DNA from: Tubiluchus corallicola
Lineage: Eukaryota > Animalia > Priapulida
NCBI GenBank assembly: GCA_030141605.1
Contig: JAQGDQ010002433.1
Span: 1 to 38,902 of the forward strand
Length of the DNA stretch: 38,902 bases
Direction of reading: 5' to 3'
Translations under genes and position numbers: made by a program
The notes under the pieces: generated by a model
Database searches by the model: none
Seen by the model: the letters and a program-made list of their open reading frames with translations, nothing else
What the model was told of the DNA's origin: nothing
Part shown: one piece after another, positions 1 through 9,047 of the stretch
How positions within the stretch are numbered: position 1 is the first letter of the stretch
Layout: each line of letters begins with the position of its first letter

Positions 1-48
1 CAAAGTAAAATATTTATCTTTTTATTTTCAATTATTTTTCAATAAAAA

Positions 49-2139
49 TTATTTTTTCTCCGATCTTTTACTCTCTTCAAAGTTTTTTTTGCCTGTGTCT
101 AAAAACTTAATAAACTCTATAATATCAAGATTATGCCCTCTTGGTTTTGCTAATAGTTTTTGATTGTTGGGGTTCAATAGCACATAGTAGGGTTGGGCGT
201 TTACTTCAAAATTTGTGATTTGAAAGTCTGCCCATTTTTTCCCTAATATCTTTTTTACTTTTCCATCAAATGTAGATCTTACCCATTCTTGCTCGTCCAG
301 CTCTGTTTTATCATCTACATACAAAGCTATTATTACGTAATCTTCTTGCAACCTTTTTAGTACTTCTGGGTCGCTCCAAACTCTTGTTTCCATTTCTCTA
401 CAATTCACACAACCATGCCCTGTAAAATCTATAAATATAGGTTTGTTTAATTTTTTGGCAGCCTCTAACCCTTGTTCAAAATCGAAGTATCCTTTCAACC
501 CGTGTGGCAGGTGCAAAAAGGAACTATACTTTATTTTTTCTCCTTTTATAAATGTAACCTCTTCTTCTGAGGAGGCAATGCTATGGTCTCTTATTATTTT
601 AGCAATATCAAACTCTTGTGTGGTTTGTGGGGGTAAATAGCCAGATAGAACTTTTAGTGGTGCTCCAAAAAGCCCTGGAATTAAGTATACCGAAAAAGAA
701 AATGACAAGATAGCAAGAATTAATTGAGGGACGCTAATATATTTTATGTTGCTATCGTGAGCAAATTTTAACTTTCCTAATAAATAAAAGCCCATTAGTG
801 TAAAAATAACTATCCATAGTGCTAAGTAAATTTCTCTATCAAGTATTCCCCAATGATATGTTAGGTCTACAATGCTCAAAAACTTTAATCCAAGAGCAAG
901 TTCCAAGAAGCCTAAAACAACTTTTACAGAATTTAACCACCCACCAGAACGGGGTAATTTGTTTAGCATGAATGGAAAAGTAGCTGTAATGACGAATGGA
1001 ATGGCTAGTGCAAGTGAAAAACCAAGCATGCCTACAATGGGTTTTATTACGGCTCCACGTGTAGATTCTACTAATACCCAGCCGACTAATGGTCCTGTAC
1101 AAGAAAATGAAACTACTACTAATGTAAAAGCCATAAAGAAAGGGGCTAAAAACCCTCGTTTATCTGCTCGTTTATCTAATTTATTGGCTAACGATGCTGG
1201 TAACACAATTTCAAACATGCCTAAAAAGGATGCTGCGAATATCATGAAAATAGCGAAAAATAGAATGTTTGGCAGCCAATGTGTGCTTAGGAAATTTGCA
1301 AAGTCTGCTCCTAATGTTACGGATACGATAGTGCCTAATGTGGCGTATATTAATATGATAGAAATACCAAATTTTAGTGCTTGTATCTTTCCTCCAATTT
1401 TACTACTGCTTTGCTGTTTTAAGAAAAAACTGATGGTTATGGGCAGCATTGGAAAAACACAGGGTGTAAGCACTGCTGCAAATCCTCCAAGCATTGCAAG
1501 TAAAAAAAATGTCCATAGGGTCTCTTCTGTTTCTTTTTCTTGCCAAGAATTTTCGGAATGTGCTAATGTTTTGCTCTGTTCTATGCTGCTAGTGGTGTTT
1601 GATTTATCATTTGCTTTTTGTACTATATTTGTATTAGATTGTTGTTGAGAAGTGAAGGCATTGTGCTTTTCGTTTATATTAAACTCAAAATCAACATCAT
1701 CAGGAGGAAGGCACTGTTTATCGTCACAGGTCATAAAGCTAACATAGCCTTTAATTGTAGTGGGCTTCTCTTTTATAATTATTTGTTGAGATAATGTGGC
1801 GCTTTTTTTGAAGTACGATACTTTCATATCAAATATTTCATCATGCTTAACAAGTGCCTTAGTGACTTCTTTGAATTCTCCTGTGGGAATATATTTATCG
1901 CTTTTCTCCAAAGTGATGGATGTAGGCACAGGACCTCCCTCATCAATATTTACTCCATACAATAGCCATCCTGCGTCTATTTTTGCATTGGCGATAACTT
2001 CAACTCTATCATCTGACATGTGCTTTAAGCTAAATACCCATTGCACAGGGGTTAAAATTTGGGCAAAGGAAATATTGACAATAGCAGAGATGCATAGTAA
2101 TAGTAGAGATAAGGTGAGTACTTTTTTTATTTTTTGCAT
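49..2139 (-). CDS. dsbD: Thiol:disulfide interchange protein, DsbD family
   Basis: Signal peptide; N-domain CDDKQC; transmembrane Cys motifs LTPCVFP and SFSCTGP; C-terminal thioredoxin motif FTGHGCVNC. Confidence 0.9.
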   Translation of the reverse strand: MQKIKKVLTLSLLLLCISAIVNISFAQILTPVQWVFSLKHMSDDRVEVIANAKIDAGWLLYGVNIDEGGPVPTSITLEKSDKYIPTGEFKEVTKALVKHDEIFDMKVSYFKKSATLSQQIIIKEKPTTIKGYVSFMTCDDKQCLPPDDVDFEFNINEKHNAFTSQQQSNTNIVQKANDKSNTTSSIEQSKTLAHSENSWQEKETEETLWTFFLLAMLGGFAAVLTPCVFPMLPITISFFLKQQSSSKIGGKIQALKFGISIILIYATLGTIVSVTLGADFANFLSTHWLPNILFFAIFMIFAASFLGMFEIVLPASLANKLDKRADKRGFLAPFFMAFTLVVVSFSCTGPLVGWVLVESTRGAVIKPIVGMLGFSLALAIPFVITATFPFMLNKLPRSGGWLNSVKVVLGFLELALGLKFLSIVDLTYHWGILDREIYLALWIVIFTLMGFYLLGKLKFAHDSNIKYISVPQLILAILSFSFSVYLIPGLFGAPLKVLSGYLPPQTTQEFDIAKIIRDHSIASSEEEVTFIKGEKIKYSSFLHLPHGLKGYFDFEQGLEAAKKLNKPIFIDFTGHGCVNCREMETRVWSDPEVLKRLQEDYVIIALYVDDKTELDEQEWVRSTFDGKVKKILGKKWADFQITNFEVNAQPYYVLLNPNNQKLLAKPRGHNLDIIEFIKFLDTGKKNFEESKRSEKK

Positions 2140-2151
2140 GTTAGTTTAATA

Positions 2152-2793
2152 TTACTCTTTTTGAATTTTGTCCTCAAATAGTTTTTTGAATTTTTCTATT
2201 TTAGGGATTATCACTGTTTTACAATAGGGGTTTTTGTCTTTATTTAAGTTAAAGTAGTTGACGTGCTCCTTTTCTGCGGGATAAAAATTGGTGAAAGCAG
2301 TAATTTCTGTTACAATTGGCTTGTCGAATATATTGGCTTTGTCCAGCTTTTCTTTATACATTTCTGCCAGCTCTTTTTGTTGTTTATTGTAATAGAAAAT
2401 TACAGAGCGATATTGTGTCCCTACATCTTCTCCTTGCCGATTTAATGTAGTGGGGTCGTGTGTTTTCCAGAAAACCTCTAATAACTCCTTAAAAGAAATT
2501 ATAGAAGGATTATAAGATATCTGACATACTTCTGCGTGCCCTGTTGAGCCTATACAAACTTGTTTATAAGTAGGGTTTTCAACATCACCTCCAGCATATC
2601 CAGGTGTCACTGTTATTACTCCATTAAGTTGTTGAAAAATGGCTTCTACGCACCAGAAACAACCTGCTCCAAATGTGATTTTTTCCATTTTATTTTGTGC
2701 TAATAAATTATTAATAAATAACCAACTAACTGCTATAGTAGCAATTAGCAAGAATCCAAATACAAACTTAACATTTTTATTCCTTTTTTTCAT
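2152..2793 (-). CDS. msrA: Peptide-methionine (S)-S-oxide reductase with an N-terminal export signal
   Basis: GAGCFWC, GHAEV and DVGTQYRS motifs; hydrophobic N-terminus ending LLA|Q. Confidence 0.95.
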   Translation of the reverse strand: MKKRNKNVKFVFGFLLIATIAVSWLFINNLLAQNKMEKITFGAGCFWCVEAIFQQLNGVITVTPGYAGGDVENPTYKQVCIGSTGHAEVCQISYNPSIISFKELLEVFWKTHDPTTLNRQGEDVGTQYRSVIFYYNKQQKELAEMYKEKLDKANIFDKPIVTEITAFTNFYPAEKEHVNYFNLNKDKNPYCKTVIIPKIEKFKKLFEDKIQKE

Positions 2794-2861
2794 ATTTGTA
2801 AATTTTGGTTATAAATCAAACTACAATTGAAATAGTTGTATATTTATTTCAAGCATAAGAA

Positions 2862-2869
2862 CAAATATA
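2862..2869 (-). promoter_or_regulatory. Bacteroidota -7 promoter element for msrA-dsbD
   Basis: CAAATATA on + reads TATATTTG on -, matching TAnnTTTG, about 70 nt upstream of msrA. Confidence 0.5.
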
Positions 2870-2945
2870 AGTAAAAAACAGACAATATATGTTTCATTAT
2901 AAAAAATAGAAGTTAAAAATATTTATCTAAAACTGCTATTTTGTA

Positions 2946-2953
2946 TACCTTTG
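2946..2953 (+). promoter_or_regulatory. Bacteroidota -7 promoter element for holB
   Basis: TACCTTTG 25 nt upstream of the ATG. Confidence 0.6.
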
Positions 2954-2978
2954 TAAAACTAACAATGATAGGTCGTAT

Positions 2979-4106
2979 ATGTTATTTAAAAATATACCAG
3001 GATTACAAGCAGTCAAAACAGTATTAATTAATTCTGTGAAGAATAATCAAATAGCTCACTCCCAACTTTTTTTAGGTCAAGAGGGGGGAGGCAATTTAGC
3101 TATGGCATTGGCATATTCTACCTATTTAAATTGTAGTAACCAACAAGGTGATGATGCTTGTGGAGAGTGTCCTTCCTGCAAACAGAATGCAAAATTTATT
3201 CATCCGGATGTACATTTTATTTTTCCGACAAGTAGTACAAAAAAAGTAAAAGGGAAAGATGTGATGAGTGTAAATTTTTTAGATGAATGGAGGTCTTTTT
3301 TGTCTTCACACGCTTTTGCCTCCATCAATGATTGGAAAAGTGCTTTTAGCGAAGATGCTAAGCAATTTAGTATCTCACGTGGAGAGAGTAGAAATATTTT
3401 AAAAATCTTGGGGTTGCGGTCTTTTACAGGAAATCATAAAATTATGATAGTGTGGCATCCCGAGTATTTTCACCCATCAGCTGCTAATGCTTTATTGAAA
3501 ATAATTGAAGAGCCTACAGATAACACAGTGTTTTTATTTATTACCGATAGTGTGGAACAATTAATGCCTACTATGCGTTCAAGAATGCAGATATTCCACA
3601 TTCCTTTTTTTACAGACACAGAAGTAGTGGAGTATTTGCAAACAAAGACGGTTCTTTCAAAAGAAAAATTACAGCAAATTGCTCAAATTACCAAAGGTGA
3701 TTTAAGCAGAGCTATGAAAATGATAGACGTTCAATCTACGAATGATGAAGACTATCAAGAGATGTTTAAAAGATGGATGCGTCTCTGTTTTCAAAAAAAA
3801 ACGAGTGACTTAGTAATGCTATCAGAGGAGTATCACAGGTTAGGCAATGTTTTACAAAGCAGTTTAATTAGATACGGCTTACATATATTAAGGGAGGCGT
3901 TGGTACACATTAATGGTTTGTCCTCTGCTAGTATGACTTTTGAGGCAGAAACAGAGTTTGTTTCCAACTTTTCAAAAACATTGACGCAATCTAAAATAGA
4001 GCAGTTTTATGCTATTTTCAACAAGGCGCTTTATCACTTAGAACGCAACGCCAACCCAAGAATCCTATTTTTGGATATGTCTCTGACTATAGCAAGCATT
4101 TTTTAA
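2979..4106 (+). CDS. holB: DNA polymerase III subunit delta'
   Basis: Zn module C..ACGECPSC, HPDVH, AANALLKIIEEP and TMRSR motifs. Confidence 0.92.
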   Translation: MLFKNIPGLQAVKTVLINSVKNNQIAHSQLFLGQEGGGNLAMALAYSTYLNCSNQQGDDACGECPSCKQNAKFIHPDVHFIFPTSSTKKVKGKDVMSVNFLDEWRSFLSSHAFASINDWKSAFSEDAKQFSISRGESRNILKILGLRSFTGNHKIMIVWHPEYFHPSAANALLKIIEEPTDNTVFLFITDSVEQLMPTMRSRMQIFHIPFFTDTEVVEYLQTKTVLSKEKLQQIAQITKGDLSRAMKMIDVQSTNDEDYQEMFKRWMRLCFQKKTSDLVMLSEEYHRLGNVLQSSLIRYGLHILREALVHINGLSSASMTFEAETEFVSNFSKTLTQSKIEQFYAIFNKALYHLERNANPRILFLDMSLTIASIF

Positions 4107-4111
4107 TTCTC

Positions 4112-4299
4112 ATGAATTATTTTGTTATTGGAAATAATTTGCTTATCTTGCTGAATAAATGAATTATTTTGTTATTGGAAATAATTTGCTTATCTTGCTG
4201 AATAAATGAATTATTTTGTTATTGGAAATAATTTGCTTATCTTGCTGAATAAATGAATTATTTTGTTATTGGAAATAATTTGCTTATCTTGCTGAATAA
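4112..4299 (+). repeat. Four perfect tandem copies of a 47-bp unit, each carrying a promoter-like TTTG-N19-TATCTTGC
   Basis: Unit ATGAATTATTTTGTTATTGGAAATAATTTGCTTATCTTGCTGAATAA starts at 4112, 4159, 4206 and 4253; no spacers. Confidence 0.95.
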
Positions 4300-4360
4300 T
4301 TTAATAAAGGCTTAGAAGCTTTTAAAACATTAACTAATTGTTTTGCTTAAATTTTATGTT

Positions 4361-7273
4361 ATGATTAAAAAAGTTCTCTTTTTTTGCTTGTTTTTGTTGT
4401 CACTAAAAACATCTTTTGCCCAACAATCTGTCACCATAACAGGTAAAGTTACAGATAACAACAATGAACCCTTGCCAGGAGTAAACATTGTAATTAAAGG
4501 CACCCAAAAGGGCACAGTTACTGATATGGACGGTATTTATAGCATTACAGCAACCCCCGAAAACACCTTAATATTTTCTTGTATAGGTACGATGGATGCA
4601 GAGGAAGTTGTTGGATCAAGAAATACAATAAATGTAGTAATGCATGAAGATGCTACAGAAATAGACGAAGTGGTGGTGGTGGCTTATGGAATGCAAAAAA
4701 AGTCAAACTTAACGGCTTCTGTGTCATCAGTATCAAATGAAGAATTGCAAGGCGTTACCGTACCTAATGTATCAAGTCTGCTTCAAAGTAAAGCATCAGG
4801 AGTCTATGTATCTAATAGTAGCGGGCAGCCAGGAGGAGCGCCAACCATTCGTATTAGAGGAAAAACCTCTATTTCGGCAGGAGTAGACCCTCTATGGGTA
4901 GTAGATGGAATTATTACAGGAAATCAAGACCCTGGAATTAATCCCAATGAAATAGAATCTATTTCTGTACTTAAAGACGCCTCAGCCACAGCATTATATG
5001 GGTCTAGAGCGGCAAATGGAGTAATTCTTGTAACTACAAAAAAAGGAACCCGCGATGTTTCTAAATTTGAATTTACGGGCAGAACAGGAGTAAGTATGTT
5101 TACACTTGGCAATTTTTCTGTTATGAACTCTCAAGAGTTATATGACTACCAAAAAACTTGGAATAGTGATGCTTCTTATTTTAGTGAAGATCTGTTGAGT
5201 CGTGATACTGATTGGGTAGATATTGCCACAAAAACAGGGATAACACAAGACTATAACTTGTCCTATACAGGAGGAAAAGATAATATTAGATTTTTTATAT
5301 TAGGAGGGTATTATAATGAAGATGGAACATTAGACAACTATACCTACGATCGTTTTACGATAAGAACAAATATAGATTATCAAGTAAACGAAAAACTTAC
5401 ATTAACTTCGCGCTATTTTTCCTCTTATGTAAACACTCATGACAATCAATTGTCGCTATACGGAGCTTACACTAATTTACCATGGGATGTTCCTACAAAT
5501 CCTGATGGGTCTATGAAGACAGGAAGAGAGGAAGGTTGGATAGGAAGAGATAACAACAATATGCTTCATGACCAACAGTTCAACTATAATGCAGGACGCC
5601 TTAACACAACAAATTTTGATTTGAAATTAGAGTATATTCCTTGGGATTGGTTGGTGTTATCTACTAACAACAGAGTTTCTTATTCTAATGGCAGAAGAGA
5701 AGAGATTGTAGATGAGCGAAGCATTGCAGGGCAAGCAGATAAAGGAACTCTTTATAATCTTTATACACAGTCAAAATATTTGACTACTTCTAATTTGGCA
5801 AGTATACAAAAAAACGTTAACAAGCATGATATAAACGCATTGATAGGACAAGAATACACAACAACAGAAAGCGATTCTGTGGGAGCAAGAGGAAAAGGAA
5901 TTTTGAGCGGTTTAGAAATATTAAATGCAGCATCTGATATGATGCAAATTCTTGGAGGAAAAGAAGAGACTGCTTTTTTGTCTTTTTTCTCCAACGTAAA
6001 TTATGTTTATAACCACCGATATTTTGCTCAATTCTCTTTTAGGTCAGATGGTTCTTCTATTTTTGGAAAAAACAATCGATTTGGTCATTTTGCCACCATA
6101 AGTCTAGGGTGGGCAATTCATGAAGAAGACTTTATGCAGGGGATAAAATTTTTAGACGAATTGAAGCTGCGAACAAGCTACGGAACGGTCGGAAATGCAT
6201 TCATAAGTAATAGTTACTTAGCATTAGAACTATATGAAGGAACGGGGCAATATAATAAAGACCCTGGAGTTTATCCAAGACGGCTTGCCAATCCAGATTT
6301 AACGTGGGAAAAAACAGGAGCTTTTAATATGGCAGTAGACATTAGAGTGTTTAACAAGGTGAGCATGACGTTAGATTTTTATCAAAAAAACACAACTAAT
6401 TTAATATGGAATGTTCCTTTGCCCTCCACAACAGGTTATTATTGGTTTACTGATAATATAGGATCGGTGCAAAATAGAGGCTTTGAAGTAGATATTAATG
6501 TTGATATTATTGAAACTCCTGTTTGGGCATGGAACTTAGGGTTTAATATTGGAGTTAACCGAAATGAAGTTAAAAAACTTTATGAAGATAAATATATAAA
6601 GGGTTTGAAAATATTGCAAGAAGGAGAAGACATAGACACATGGTATATGAGAAAATGGCTAGGCGTGGACAGAGATAATGGAGACCCATTGTGGGAAGAA
6701 TTGACTTTTGATGAAGAAGGGAATGTTGTAGCAAGAGAAGCAACAAATGACTACTCCCGTGCAGCATTGCAAAAGACAGGAAGAAGTACACCAAACTTTT
6801 TTGGAGGGATTAATACTTCTGTTGTGTATAAAAACATTTCTTTATCTGCCAATTTTGTCTTTGTGGGTGGTGTTGATATTTACCACTACTCCAGAGAACT
6901 CTTTGACAATGATGGCGCATATCCCACTTACAATGCTATGAATTTGGCAAATGGGTGGAACAGATGGGCAAACCCAGGAGATATAGCAACTCATCCTAAG
7001 CCCGTAACTAATGGAAATCTGCTTTCAAATAAATCGTCCTCTCGCTACATAGAAGATGGAAGCTTTATACGTCTACAAAATGTGACATTAACATATCAAG
7101 TACCAAAATTGACAGACAAAATAAGCAATATTAACTTATTTGTGTCAGGAGATAACCTTCTCACATTTACAGGATTCTCAGGAACAGACCCCGAAGTAGG
7201 GGAAAATGGGATGGCGGATATGCCTTATCCTATAACGCGGAAAATAATGGGAGGAATTACAGTTACATTTTAA
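4361..7273 (+). CDS. susC: SusC/RagA family TonB-dependent transporter
   Basis: Carboxypeptidase-regulatory-like N-domain; LKDASATALYGSRAANGVILVTTKKG; NPDLTWEKT; C-terminal Phe. ATG 4361 preferred over TTG 4343. Confidence 0.95.
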   Translation: MIKKVLFFCLFLLSLKTSFAQQSVTITGKVTDNNNEPLPGVNIVIKGTQKGTVTDMDGIYSITATPENTLIFSCIGTMDAEEVVGSRNTINVVMHEDATEIDEVVVVAYGMQKKSNLTASVSSVSNEELQGVTVPNVSSLLQSKASGVYVSNSSGQPGGAPTIRIRGKTSISAGVDPLWVVDGIITGNQDPGINPNEIESISVLKDASATALYGSRAANGVILVTTKKGTRDVSKFEFTGRTGVSMFTLGNFSVMNSQELYDYQKTWNSDASYFSEDLLSRDTDWVDIATKTGITQDYNLSYTGGKDNIRFFILGGYYNEDGTLDNYTYDRFTIRTNIDYQVNEKLTLTSRYFSSYVNTHDNQLSLYGAYTNLPWDVPTNPDGSMKTGREEGWIGRDNNNMLHDQQFNYNAGRLNTTNFDLKLEYIPWDWLVLSTNNRVSYSNGRREEIVDERSIAGQADKGTLYNLYTQSKYLTTSNLASIQKNVNKHDINALIGQEYTTTESDSVGARGKGILSGLEILNAASDMMQILGGKEETAFLSFFSNVNYVYNHRYFAQFSFRSDGSSIFGKNNRFGHFATISLGWAIHEEDFMQGIKFLDELKLRTSYGTVGNAFISNSYLALELYEGTGQYNKDPGVYPRRLANPDLTWEKTGAFNMAVDIRVFNKVSMTLDFYQKNTTNLIWNVPLPSTTGYYWFTDNIGSVQNRGFEVDINVDIIETPVWAWNLGFNIGVNRNEVKKLYEDKYIKGLKILQEGEDIDTWYMRKWLGVDRDNGDPLWEELTFDEEGNVVAREATNDYSRAALQKTGRSTPNFFGGINTSVVYKNISLSANFVFVGGVDIYHYSRELFDNDGAYPTYNAMNLANGWNRWANPGDIATHPKPVTNGNLLSNKSSSRYIEDGSFIRLQNVTLTYQVPKLTDKISNINLFVSGDNLLTFTGFSGTDPEVGENGMADMPYPITRKIMGGITVTF

Positions 7274-7298
7274 TCAAAAACATAAAATATACAATATA

Positions 7299-8924
7299 AT
7301 GAAACTAATAAAGCACATATTTTTATTATTTATAATATCTCTCCTTACAAGTTGTGATTTGGAGCGAATTCCTTATGATGGTGTTATTGAAGAAAATGCA
7401 GAAATAGAACCAATGACGATAGGAAACTATGCTTTTTTTAAGGATGCCTACATTCAGAGAACGTGGCACTTTTTTGGAGAATATGCAGGTGATAATGTGT
7501 CTTTAAGTGGAACGACTACTGACGCATTATTTAACACATATAACTATCAACACTTTCCCACGATGTATCCACCAGAACAAATATGGAGAAAAGCATATCA
7601 ACTAATACTTGGAACAAATAAAGTTATAGAGAAATATAAAGAAGGTGAAAGTGATAGAAATGACCAATTGATAGGAGAAAACTATTTCCTTAGAGCCTTG
7701 ACCTCTTTTATGCTTGTAAATGTTTTTGGAAGACCCTACATCCAAAATCCCGAAGAAAACTTAGGCGTGCCTATAAAACTGTCTACAGATATAACAAATA
7801 CTCCACCAAGAGCAACAGTCCAAGAGAATTATGCTCAAATAATAGTAGACCTTTTGAAGGCAGCAGAACTAATGAAAAGCGAAAAGAGTGCGGCGTATGC
7901 AAGTAAAGAAGCAGCATACGCCTTATTGTCTCGTGTATACTTATATACAGCCAATCACGATAAGGTGATAGAATATGCCAACTTGGTAATAAACTCTGGA
8001 AGGTATAGGCTATTGCAGGGCGATGCTTACAAAAAATATTTTACTATAACTCCAGAAGATAATGAAGAGACAATATTTGCAGCTAAACATGTACTGCAAG
8101 ATGATAGAGAATGGGGATCTATTGGTTCTATGTACAACCAAGTACAAAATCGTGGATATGGAGAGATGTACGCCTCATTACCCTTCCGCAATATTTTAGA
8201 TAAATACCCCCATGATTATCGCCATGCGTTTATTGAAAAACAACTATTTGTCCCTAATCAAACCAAGCCTGATGTGCTTTCGGTTGTTTATGTTGATAAT
8301 GATAAATTAAGATTTGTTATTTATGATGCCAGAGAGAAAGATGCTGGAGGCTATGAATATACGAAAGAAGAAGAGACAAACGATGTAATAGAAAGAGATG
8401 GCAACTATTTTATTATGGAAGAAGGAACAGAAGTAGAAGTAACTATAAAAGATAAATTGCAAAACAGAAATGGATTTCCAAAGTACTTTATTAATAAATT
8501 TTCTAATCAAGAACAAATCCCAACATTAAGCTCTCCTGTGTTTTTGAGGTTGGCAGAAGTGTACCTAAATAGGGCAGAAGCCCATACAAAAAAAGGAAAT
8601 GATAATGACGCCTTAAGCGATGTGAATCTTATTAGAGCAAGAGCTGGGCTTCTAGAAGATGACATGTACACAATAGGAGACCTGAAAGGTCACGCTACTG
8701 TATTAGACGCAGTATTAGAGGAAAGAAGATTGGAGTTAGCCTTTGAAGCACATCGAAAATTTGATGTGTTTAGGAACAATCACAATTTGGATAGAAACTA
8801 TCCAGGAACACACTACAATAGCGAAAATGATTTTAGAGAAATCCCATTTACACACAATAGAGTAGTGCATTATCTTCCTGAAAGTGAAATATTAAATCAA
8901 AATAATTTAGTGCAAAATCCATAG
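7299..8924 (+). CDS. susD: SusD/RagB family lipoprotein
   Basis: Lipobox LTSC; RLAEVYLNRAEA, ERRLELAFE and terminal QNP motifs; directly after susC. Confidence 0.95.
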   Translation: MKLIKHIFLLFIISLLTSCDLERIPYDGVIEENAEIEPMTIGNYAFFKDAYIQRTWHFFGEYAGDNVSLSGTTTDALFNTYNYQHFPTMYPPEQIWRKAYQLILGTNKVIEKYKEGESDRNDQLIGENYFLRALTSFMLVNVFGRPYIQNPEENLGVPIKLSTDITNTPPRATVQENYAQIIVDLLKAAELMKSEKSAAYASKEAAYALLSRVYLYTANHDKVIEYANLVINSGRYRLLQGDAYKKYFTITPEDNEETIFAAKHVLQDDREWGSIGSMYNQVQNRGYGEMYASLPFRNILDKYPHDYRHAFIEKQLFVPNQTKPDVLSVVYVDNDKLRFVIYDAREKDAGGYEYTKEEETNDVIERDGNYFIMEEGTEVEVTIKDKLQNRNGFPKYFINKFSNQEQIPTLSSPVFLRLAEVYLNRAEAHTKKGNDNDALSDVNLIRARAGLLEDDMYTIGDLKGHATVLDAVLEERRLELAFEAHRKFDVFRNNHNLDRNYPGTHYNSENDFREIPFTHNRVVHYLPESEILNQNNLVQNP

Positions 8925-9005
8925 ATACATGCTGTAACAGAAACCAAGTTTTTTTCAACTGGTAATGTTTTTTTGATTTTCAAGCGTAATATTTGAAAAA
9001 AATAT

Positions 9006-9013
9006 TATATTTG
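9006..9013 (+). promoter_or_regulatory. Bacteroidota -7 promoter element for the GH20 gene
   Basis: TATATTTG 34 nt upstream of ATG 9048. Confidence 0.45.
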
Positions 9014-9047
9014 AAAATTACTGTTTTTTTACAAAAAAATTTAAATC

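Noticed and set aside
872-1648. Long antisense ORFs (also 30259-30816 and 37711-38376)
   Set aside because: They shadow well-supported genes on the opposite strand and carry no motifs
4112-4299. CRISPR array (47-bp repeats are near the length seen in Bacteroidota type II-C arrays)
   Set aside because: Units are directly adjacent with no spacers, and no cas genes are in the window
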